64,000 nt of DNA from Amoebidium appalachense (lineage: Eukaryota > Protista > Ichthyosporea). The stretch lies in assembly GCA_963693365.1 (NCBI GenBank), contig CAVNZM010000005.1:6635388-6699387 (forward strand). The letters run 5' to 3'. Below are positions 1 through 21,515 of this stretch, piece after piece (the first letter of the stretch is position 1; each line of letters opens with the position of its first letter). The notes under the pieces are model-generated. The model had not been told where the DNA came from. It did not search any database and saw nothing but the letters and a program-made list of their open reading frames with translations. Both the position numbers and the translations under genes were made by a program.

Positions 1-565
1 GCAAGAGGAGGGGCAATGATGATATGATGGTGGTGGTGGTGGCGGTGGGGGGGGGGGGGGGGGGGGAGGGGGGGGGGGGGAGAGGTTAGGGGGTTGGGTT
101 GGTTGGGGCCGTGGTCGGTGTATGTGCGATGGGGGGGGCGGGGGGGGGGGAGGGGGGGGGGATACAGGGCATCGTTGATAGAGCAGAATTAAGTGTGGTT
201 CTGATGTAAGGGAGAGAAAAGGGACAGGGGGGGGGGGGGGGGACGGAGGGGGGAGGGGGGGGAAGAGAGAGAGAGAGAGAGAGAGGTGGAAGGGGGTGGG
301 GGGGGGGGGGGGGGGGGGTCAGTCGAAAGAGAGGGAATAGGGCAGGAGTGTGCCTCACAGGGGGAGGGGGTAGTGGTGGGGGGTGGGTCGATGGGCGGGG
401 GAGTAGTTTGAGTCACGATGAAAACGGAAATTCGAGCGTGTAATGGGTTAAAAAACCAAAGACTGATCATTCTGTTAGTCTACCGTAGATGTGTAAGGAG
501 TGTTCGAAACTTAAAACAGTTTGATCTATACTGTCAAGCCTAATTCTGCCTATTTCATCTTGCAG

Positions 566-11761
<11,196 letters not shown>

Positions 11762-12670
11762 TCATTTTTCTTCAATTTTGGCCCACCCTCTCCACCCTCA
11801 TCCATTGCCTTAAACCCTCACCGCGCCTACCTGTTTAATACCTCGCCTCACGGACTGGCTGTTAAATCGATGAGTTTGTGGTAATTTTCGGCATACACCC
11901 CAACCCTATTCAGTCCAATTCGTGCTCTTCATGCTGTGACACTCTCTACCCCTCAAGTTTGTACTGTACATAATGAGAAGACAAACACTTGATTGCGCTG
12001 AAAGCAGAGGGTTATTTTGGTTTCCTGTATATATTTGCATATGTCCTGCTTATGTCTGCTTTTCTCTATGTAAATGGGGATTTGTGTCGTGCCATAGTGT
12101 ATTTGCTTGCTGCCCGCCTTGTACATATTCGCGGCCAAAATGGCTTAATTTTCGTGCACATAGCACATACTTATTCGTGGCCAAAATAGTATATATTTTT
12201 CGTGCACATAGCATATACTCAAGTTTCTGTCGGGTGGAGAAAGTATTGCGTGACACGTTTCTCTGTAATTTGATCACTGTTCCATTTGTAAAGGGGCTGT
12301 GCATGTTCTGTATAAACATTGGATTGGTAACTGGAAGCGGGAAATCCCCTTAAGGTCCCCACAAAAAAACAAAAAAACCCAAGTGTAGACGCCATTAGTG
12401 CAATGGTAGTATGTAATTGGTCGACCTGGACCCGAAGTAATCATGACGGTTATCCCGGATTCTGTAAATACCTGCAAAACTATTCTGGAATGAGGCTTTG
12501 GCGCTTAAAGTTTGTACATGGGTAGGCATTTCGACTGTAGATGCATTGTGGTGGAAGGGACTGGATTGCACATCCCCTCCCCCTTTCCCGGCAAATAAAA
12601 CTCGGTGTGGTTTTGGAGTCCCGGGCCTGTGCTCTAACCGCAGTCACGATCATGAATATTACATTTGATC

Positions 12671-12723
<53 letters not shown>

Positions 12724-12741
12724 AAAAAAAGAAAGAAAGAA

Positions 12742-12803
<62 letters not shown>

Positions 12804-13650
12804 ACCACTGGCACCTCCACCACCACTTTGACCTATTTTATCACGTTTTGTTCCCGGAGGGCCTTTTCAGGCCCTCTAGGGAAACTACCGTCTACCACAC
12901 AGCACCGACAGTACACTAGTTAAGGTGCTATCTATGAGTTCAGCTAAGCTAAACCATCCTTCACAACCTAACTATAAGTACACACTTTGCCCAGGGCTAC
13001 TACCCCAGCCACGCCGGCAGGAGGCTCCAGTCCTCCCCTCCATTCAAAACCTAGCAATAAACGTTAACCGAGGGCTCTCATTGGTCGATCTACAGTATTG
13101 GGAAGTCCTAGGTGTTGTGTATAGTATTTACGGTGGGTATGGGTGGATGATGGGGTGTGGTGGTGGTGGTGGCGGGGGGTTGCTGCCTAACATTATGTGT
13201 TGTTGTACGTATGTTGTGGCGATGTTTTTGTGGACTAAAAGGTGGGTTTTACAGGGCACACCGGGTCTGTGTGTGTTCCGGCAGTCAGAACAGGCCGGCC
13301 GGGTGTGTGTGGGGGGTGTATTTGTTGGTGTCTTGGGTTTTTGGGGAGCCATACTTTTCTTTCTACGGGTGGTGGGTATATGGTGGTGTTTTTGCATTTT
13401 GGGGGGGGGGGGGGGGAGTGTTGTGTTCCGTGGGTGCCAAATTTTTGAAAAGAAAAAGGACTGCAACTCTACTGTGATTTTTCCTAAGATGGCCCGGGTG
13501 GTGGTCTTGGTGGTGCCGGTACCACCACTTTGACCGGCTTCCTTAATTAAAATAACAGGAGACCGGACGTATCAAACAGAGGACAAAAAACACTACATGC
13601 ACGCCCACACGCGTGCCCGCGCGCACACACACATACATACACACGCGCGC

Positions 13651-13702
<52 letters not shown>

Positions 13703-14444
13703 ACACACACACACACATGCACACACGCCCGGGCACACGTGCACACGCGCACACACATACACATTATGAAGACCCAACCCAAGCAGCAGAACGAATGAAG
13801 TCTTTGAACTTTGCTATTGCGAGTTGAATTATTCTGCAAAGAGAAGATTGTTTCAGCTAGGAAAAAAGAAGAAGCTGAATACATCTATAATTTAGAAGTA
13901 ATTTTAAAGCAGGACTGTTCGTTCATTAGAGCTGCAGATCTAGAGAGATATTTTGTAAGGTATATCGATATTCGCGATCGGCAAAAATGGATTTATTTTT
14001 CAAAGCCGAAAAATCCTTCTGTAACAAAAACTGCACTTAATCACTAACTTGATAAATACTATTTTTGTCATGCAGAAGCTTGTGGAAATTATACGATCAG
14101 AAAAGCATATACCCATTAGAATGTTTTGCCAGTGGCACAAAGTTTGCTTGATGTGGTTGAGCGGCCTACGGTATCAGTATTTATTCCCGGCCGAGGCTGA
14201 AAGCCGAAGACGGTTTACGAGGGAGCCCTACGCGTCGTACGAGAAAACTCTGCCAAGGGGTATTTTCAACTTAGGTTGCTTCTGTCGGTTTTATTGCTCT
14301 CTTGTGGCTCACACAATCTGGTCCCCGGGACCCCCACTACTACATCAATACATACGGTTACACATGCCTATGGTCGCAGATCGATCAACTTGTATGGACT
14401 AAGTCTGGGCTGTATACACACGTATCCACACTGGCTACGTGCCT

Positions 14445-14495
<51 letters not shown>

Positions 14496-14810
14496 AAAAA
14501 AACACCTACCCTTGCCCCTAAGAGGTACACTAACCCAAAGAAGCTAGACGGGGGACTAAAAAGCGCGGGCGGGAGGGTGGGCTAGAGAGAGCAGCGACGG
14601 GGGACAAAAAGTGAGGGTGATTTAACCATCACCCGCTTTTTATAGTACCCTAAAAAGCTGCTACTGTGCCTATTGGGTGATCACTTCGATCTCCCAATAT
14701 GGCACTACTAAGTTTAGAAAATCTGGATTTCCCAAATCAACGATTTTCAACTTAGGTTGCTAGCTATGTCCATAATTCTGCCAACTACAAGCTTACATAA
14801 CCCAACCTTG

Positions 14811-15154
14811 CTAAGCCAATTCACCTGCGGACGCGGGCGGCCGGGCACCCTGCAACATTCCGAAGTAGAGCCAGTCGTCGGCCGTAGGGATGTGGCCGAG
14901 GCCGTAGTGGGACACGGGGGTGCGGCTGCCAAGCTGCCACACACCCAGCCACGACACAAACGCCTCGTCCACAAGCAGGGCACGACAGGCGCCCACCAGG
15001 CCATGGCGCAGGCAGTGCCACGTGACGCCTGCAGCCTCGGTGGCGAGCACCCCCACATGGCGCAACTCGGCGCGCAGCCAATCGTTTCCCACTTTGGGTG
15101 ACGCTTTGGGCACGAGCAGCGCAGTACGGGAGGGTAGAGCTGCCAGCATGTGGT
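14811..15154 (-). pseudogene. C-terminal fragment of a tyrosine recombinase
   Basis: TWHCLRHG (HxxRxG), LGVW (GxW) and HY (catalytic Tyr position); truncated by the Gypsy LTR starting at 15155. Confidence 0.7.
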
Positions 15155-16682
15155 TGTGGTATATTATACCGGATATCTAGTATGGATGTACACAGGTTGA
15201 GATATACGCGCACGTGTACATGTATATATACCACTGTGTTTGATCTTAGGTAGGCCAGTATGCATGTCCCCCCAAGTCTTGTGCGCATGAGCATGAAGTT
15301 AAACATATGTGCACGTGCAGCTTGCAGGATTATTCATGGGAAAACAGATATAATAGTCACATGGGACCGACACGTAGTAGAGGAACCATGAGCGTTAAGT
15401 TATAGTTTTATCATGGGAAAATATGCAAGTAGCCGTGAGGTATGACTGTGGAATGCATCGATAGTCAAGTACTGTCACCCGATTGGCTCACTAAGTTTAT
15501 TGGAACCGTGATAGCCATTGCCGGAGGCAAGACTTCCCCCTCACTCCCGTCGTGGCTCCCCGAGGTGACCGAGACAAAGAGAAGCAGAAATGCAAGTCAG
15601 TGAGGAATTTTATTATTGATTTTAGCCCTAATAAATAATATCAGTATCTGATCAGAAAACCCCCAAAACCCCCGGATAAACCCCCTAAACCCCAGAACAC
15701 TGTGTGTGTGTGCACACGTGTGTGTGTGTGTATGTGTGTGTGTTTGTGTGTGTATGATAGGCTATTGAAGGAACAGCACTTCCAGCACACAATGGCCGAA
15801 AGAACCCCTTCATCTATCCAAGGGTGGGAGGGAGGGAAGAGAAAGCAAGAGCAAACCGTAAGGCACCAACTAATCAGACTGAGGTCTCAGCTTCTGCCCC
15901 TTTACACAAGGTGCCACCAAACCAAGAAAACACCCAAACAGCCTAATTATTACCTTATCACGTTGCTCCCTCCCCTTTTTTCTTTTCACCTACACACTAG
16001 CTCTAAAAACAAGAACTGAACGAACGACGCCCACAGCCAGCTCTACAAAGCTGGTACGCGGCTCACTCACATTTTTAGAACAGTGGAAAAGCCACCAATC
16101 ATATCACCTATCTACTGATAACTACGGATCACTTCATAACTATACCTGATCTATATCCAATCACTAAAGATACATACGACTGAGCTTAACATTCTACCCG
16201 TTAGGGCCAATCAGCTTGCACCGCTATGTAGCCGTTACCGCCGACTGACCGAACACGTGTCATCTCTCACCGCTGCCTCCTCCCGCTCGAGAACAACATG
16301 CCGGAGGCAAGACTTCCCCCTCACTCCCGTCGTGGCTCCCCGAGGTGACCGAGACAAAGAGAAGCAGAAATGCAAGTCAGTGAGGAATTTTATTATTGAT
16401 TTTAGCCCTAATAAATAATATCAGTATCTGATCAGAAAACCCCCAAAACCCCCGGATAAACCCCCTAAACCCCAGAACACTGTGTGTGTGTGCACACGTG
16501 TGTGTGTGTGTATGTGTGTGTGTTTGTGTGTGTATGATAGGCTATTGAAGGAACAGCACTTCCAGCACACAATGGCCGAAAGAACCCCTTCATCTATCCA
16601 AACCTACCCTACTTGTTTTTATTTTGTGATTGTGTCTTTTAAATAATGTGTGTTGGGTGTGTGTAGTAGAAGCCTGTAGCTG

Positions 16683-17726
16683 CTAATCGTGCGTAATCAT
16701 GTGTGGCCTACGGGCCAAGGATTTTGCCTGGGCTGACAGATGAGCGGGCATTGAAATTGCCAGGAGCATGGCCTTGTTCGTGTCAATGTAGTGGTTGAAA
16801 GGCGTCGTGAAATTACGCCACCGACCATTGATACGAATATGCTCATAGTCCTCCCCTCTGAGTGCTGCTGTGGAGGCTGCCCCGTGCCGTGTGCTGTACA
16901 ATGAGAAGTCGCTATCCAGGCCCACAGCCGTCAGACTCTGTTGCATACGAGTTGCTACCAGCGATGGTGTGTACCCAGGATGAAACAGAGGGTCGGATGG
17001 GCGGGAGCCATGGGGAAATGCACCCACTGCCATGAGCTTCTGCAGCAAATGCAAGCACACTGGATCACGGATCACCACCATCTGATGATTGCCCGTTTTG
17101 GACCGTGGAAGAAGCAACACTGCCCTGCCCGCTGGAGCATTGATTTCAATCAACCGTGGATCATTCGGAGGAATGAAGTCTGCCACCGTGCGCCGCGAGA
17201 GCTCCCCCGGCCGGGTGTAGGTTGCGAATGACATACACAGATAGAGTGCTACGTGCGGCATCTTGTATTCCCACAGAGCCGACACTGCCAAAATCATGTA
17301 GTCGTAGGGGAGTGGTCTGTGGTGATTGGTCGGGTTAGCATGGTCCCACCCCCTTAGGACCCTGGCCGACAGGACCAAGGAGTCCTTGCACTGGGGATAG
17401 AAATGGTGGATGGCTGACAGCACCGTCTTGCAGTGGGCGAGCCCGCTGCGGGTCTCTCCCAACTCTTCGTACATGTCAGCTGCATAGCTCGCAAGCATGT
17501 TATCCACCTGCTCTACCGACTGGAAGGTGCTCACCCCATCTTCCACACACCACGCTACGAATTTGTTCAAGGCGTTGTCGTATTTCGCCACTGTGGGAGC
17601 CGTGACATTGAGATTGAGCATATGCGTGATTTTTGCAGAGGGCGACGTCACGTGACGGCATGTCTGCTGGATTGTGGGCAGAAGGGACCCACACACACGC
17701 CGGTCGAAGTGCGGCTGCACACACAA
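16683..17726 (-). CDS. Tyrosine recombinase of element B (probable ATG at 17621)
   Basis: YTRPGEL, RSKT, YSTRHGAAS, NGRW and HYI catalytic motifs; overlaps the RNase H 3' end as in DIRS-order elements. Confidence 0.9.
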   Translation of the reverse strand: MCVQPHFDRRVCGSLLPTIQQTCRHVTSPSAKITHMLNLNVTAPTVAKYDNALNKFVAWCVEDGVSTFQSVEQVDNMLASYAADMYEELGETRSGLAHCKTVLSAIHHFYPQCKDSLVLSARVLRGWDHANPTNHHRPLPYDYMILAVSALWEYKMPHVALYLCMSFATYTRPGELSRRTVADFIPPNDPRLIEINAPAGRAVLLLPRSKTGNHQMVVIRDPVCLHLLQKLMAVGAFPHGSRPSDPLFHPGYTPSLVATRMQQSLTAVGLDSDFSLYSTRHGAASTAALRGEDYEHIRINGRWRNFTTPFNHYIDTNKAMLLAISMPAHLSAQAKSLARRPHMITHD

Positions 17727-20211
17727 GTGCTGCCACCCGCCGGCACAGATGGTTTAGCCGTCGTGAACTCGATCTACCCTTGGCCACCGCAAACAATAAA
17801 GATGTGTTGTCGATGAGATGAGCTACTCTGGTGCTGTGATTTTGTGGTGCTCGCGTGAAACGTCGTAGTGATAATAGCAGCGCGTGCCCCTCGAGGATGG
17901 TGATGTGATCTTCGTGCCGCCACGGAGTAGATATCGGATGGTGCCACTGCAGACCGTCAACTACTTTCAGAAAAGAGTCGTCGGTCGTGGGGTGGTTCGT
18001 GCTGTCGTTACATTCATCGGCTGAAAGGGCGTTAATCACGAGCTCACCGGTGTCGTCCACAGGCCCCAAGAAGGAATAACCGGGTCTGGACACCGACTGT
18101 GCTAATGCCGTCAACGATTGCTCAGCCGTAACGGACGCAATAGAAACACCTGCTCACTTGGTGGACGCATCTGATGCCAACAGAAGAGAGGCGGGAGCAG
18201 CCGTCAAATCACACACAATGAGAGGTGCCAAATCCACCAACAGGGCCAACTCCCCCTTGACTGCAGAGGGGATTGGGCATGCCGTTAGTGGACATTGGCC
18301 GGCTGACAACGCAAACTGATAACTCGCCTCTAACACAGAAAATAAAGCTCTATTCAAAAGCAACAACCACGCCCAGCCCCCAAGCAAACGAGATAACGCC
18401 CGTGGAGCCACCTCCCGCATGAACAGAACCGCCTTTGTGTCGGCTAGTAGCCGCGCCAACCGTGATGCATCCGGTCGAATAACACCGTCCCGTCCTATAG
18501 CCAACCCAAGTGCTACGGTCTCCGGGTGGTCTCGTGACGCCGTGACCGTTTTGGACGGTTTTATTTCGAATCCGTGTGTCTCTCCAGCGCGCCCGGCTGC
18601 CGTCATCTCGGAATTTACAGTAGATTCCTCCAACCCAACCCCCACCCAATCATCCACGTAGATCAAATGTGCCGTATCCGATTGGTCGGTAATGGAATGT
18701 GCCGGTGAAGAATTCGATTGGATGCATCGTTCGATACGTAAAGGCGGGTGCGTGATGTGCTGGTGAGAACGTTGGGCGACAAACGGTGCCCATTTCCAGC
18801 CCATCGGCATAGACAACACCCGCGGATACACCAACCTATCGACACCCGGCAGTCCCACTGCTGAAGACGAAACCGGCGGAAGCCCTTGGTACCAAGACAG
18901 CCAGTCTGGCACCCGAAAACGGTGGTAGAAATTCGAAAAATCGTACTTGGCCACCACCACCGCTGCGTCCTTCGGAACAATGATACTACACAAATCTGCC
19001 GGACTGGGAAAATTCGGATTGGGCGGGTCTATCATGACTGCATTCATGGGGCGAGCATCCATGATAAGACGGTCTTCCTTCTCATCTTTCTCCACCGCAA
19101 ATAAACCATTGATAATCTTTGGGGGCTCCGAAATTTCTGAAAAAGCAACCATACCACAAACATACATACGCTTAGCCAATATAGGCCACTCCGCAGGCGA
19201 CGCAAATGCATGGACAGGACGCCCGGGCAAAGGGTGGGCTCCTTCAGCACCCTCAGTGGTGCTCTCAGTTGCCAACACGCCCCCAAGCCCGCAAACTCCG
19301 TGACCGTTCGGCTGTCCGACCGCGTCACCCGTGCGATTTGACGCCACCACCAACACGTTTGGCTTCTCCATCATCTCCTTGAGGTCAGGTGGAAGGACCT
19401 CTAGGAGCGGAACTGTTGCCCCAAACCCCTCAGGAGGAAGGGCAATACGCTCAGCAACTATGGGGGTGAAAGCTTTTGAGTGATTGAAATATGGGAAAGA
19501 TTCAGACACAGCCGCTAAGGGGACATTGCTGATCCTGCGGCGCATATCCGCGCAAAAAACGAAAATTCGCTGAATGGATTGTGTCTGTGCCGGTGAGGGT
19601 GCATGAGAAAAGTGCGTGGATTTAGGAAAAGGCGTGGGAAAAAAATGTGTGCTGGTAGGAGGGGAAAATGTTGAAAAGTGTGTGTGATTCTGGGAAGAGG
19701 TGTCGTGCATGTTGTGCCAAACATCGTTCCTAGGAGATTCTACCGAGCCAGGTGGCCCATTATACAACGTGTTGATTGCAGCTATGGTTCTATTAACCAA
19801 CTTTAACACAGCAAATCTCTTGTTGAACCTCCCACGTCTTCTTGGAGAGGACAACCTAACACCATCAAGCAACAGCGGGACTACAAAAAGGGGAAGTGGA
19901 AGTAAATCATTAGACACATGGGGAAACAAGCCTGGCTCAGCCGCGCCCGTGACGCCCTCACCAGGGGTACTAACATGGGGGGCTACGGGCTCACCGGTGT
20001 ACCACTTCCGAGGGAAAGAACCAAACTCAGCTGGTTCCGTGGCAGCTGTGTTCGGGAACGAAGGCTGTGGACCGTGGCCTCCCCTTGCCTCAGCTGGGCA
20101 GCTGCGGGAGGCGCAGGGGGGTACGAATCTGTGGAAGCTGGGCCTAGGCATCCTTGTTGCCATCGAACGGTCCATCCACACACACGCGCGCCACCGTGAT
20201 TCCCCCCGCAC
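17500..20211 (-). pseudogene. RT-RNase H of element B with one in-frame TGA (18154-18156)
   Basis: RT motifs DRLIMDAR, KYDFSNFYH, MPMGWKWAP, YVDD; RNase H motifs SDAS, ILEGHAL, IDN, WVPSAHNPAD. ORFs 18154-20211 and 17500-18114 share one frame. Confidence 0.88.
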
Positions 20212-21450
20212 CTCCCCACAGGGGGAGGCCGTGTGTTTACACCGAGCTCGACTACCTAGTAGAGACCGTGCATTGACTCACAATGTCGTATATAAGAGAG
20301 TTCTGCTCGGGAAGAAGAGAGGCTCACTTGCCCATGTCAAGGAAAGCAGAGCACGTATTTGTAATGCTTGGAGTTCAGAAAGTTCACTGTGACTGTATAG
20401 GCAGAGAGACAGACAAAATTTACGTAGTTTTTCACTCTACAAGACTCCTCAGCGCTAGCGAGCTAAACAACATACTGAAGGGAAAAGACAAATGTAAAAG
20501 TCGTATTAATATCTAGAGCGAAAAAAGGAACCTTGAAAATGAGGAGAACGAGCTGGTTAACGTTGAGTTGCCAGAATTCGTGTGACAATTGCAGAAGTCA
20601 ACAGAAAAAAGGACAGCTAGCTAAGGCAACTAGTTTGTGCGCTTTTACAGTAGCACCACCAAACTTAGTTCAACCAACTAACTCTACAAATCCCTTTTAC
20701 CTCTGATGCCAGACACTCACACAAACGCTAAAACGAAAACCAAAGAGAAAGCAAGAGCAAACCGTAAGGCACCAACTAAACAGACTGAGGTCTCAGCTTC
20801 TGCCCCTTTACACAAGGTGCCACCAAACCAAGAAAACACCCAAACAGCCTAATTATTACCTTATCACGTTGCTCCCTCCCCTTTTTTCTTTTCACCTACA
20901 CACTAGCTCTAAAAACAAGAACTGAACGAACGACGCCCACAGCCAGCTCTACAAAGCTGGTACGCGGCTCACTCACATTTTTAGAACAGTGGAAAAGCCA
21001 CCAATCATATCACCTATCTACTGATAACTACGGATCACTTCATAACTATACCTGATCTATATCCAATCACTAAAGATACATACGACTGAGCTTAACATTC
21101 TACCCGTTAGGGCCAATCAGCTTGCACCGCTATGTAGCCGTTACCGCCGACTGACCGAACACGTGTCATCTCTCACCGCTGCCTCCTCCCGCTCGAGAAC
21201 AACAGGGACAGAACCGTGAACCGTATGTGATTGGCTCTCGTAGCCAAAAAGCACATACCGATGCGCATGTCTGAGCCGCTGTGCGAGCTCCGATATAAGG
21301 GCATGTCGGGGGCTTCAGAGCTCACTCAGTGTGCTCGGCTTACTAGGTGTAAGTAGGACTAGCGCGTAACTAAGCAAAGCGTGGTCTAGTCAACCCCGTT
21401 CATTTATAAACATATTGTTTGTCACAGACACACGATCATATTATACAACA

Positions 21451-21466
21451 GCTGAGCTACACCCCC
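21451..21466 (+). promoter_or_regulatory. Primer-binding-site position of Gypsy copy 1 (GCTGAGCTACACCCCC), complementary to a tRNA-Ala-like 5' end
   Basis: Directly follows the LTR terminal CA; reverse complement is GGGGGTGTAGCTCAGC; identical in copy 2 (31641-31656). Confidence 0.7.
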
Positions 21467-21515
21467 TGCAGCTCTAGTTCTTGCGCTGCAAGTGTGCTCG
21501 TATCAAGCAAGTACT

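Larger units (their letters stand above)
15519..21204 (-). mobile_element. Tyrosine-recombinase retrotransposon B (Ngaro/PAT-type split direct repeats A1-ORFs-B1-A2-B2)
   Basis: A1 ~20745-21204 = A2 ~15839-16298; B1 16299-16601 = B2 15519-15821; encodes RT-RNase H and YR; inserted between ATAGCCAT and GGGACAG of the Gypsy LTR with no TSD. Confidence 0.92.

Noticed and set aside
12388-12460. tRNA-Gly-like 5' fragment (GCCATTAGTGCAATGGTAG)
   Set aside because: No B box or cloverleaf.
13811-14090. AT-rich coding-like fragment
   Set aside because: Short, interrupted by a stop, no recognisable motif.
18154-18156. Alternative genetic code or programmed readthrough suggested by in-frame stops (18154, 28582, ~62814)
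   Set aside because: The stops are of three different types in decaying elements, and MELK and Copia use the standard code.
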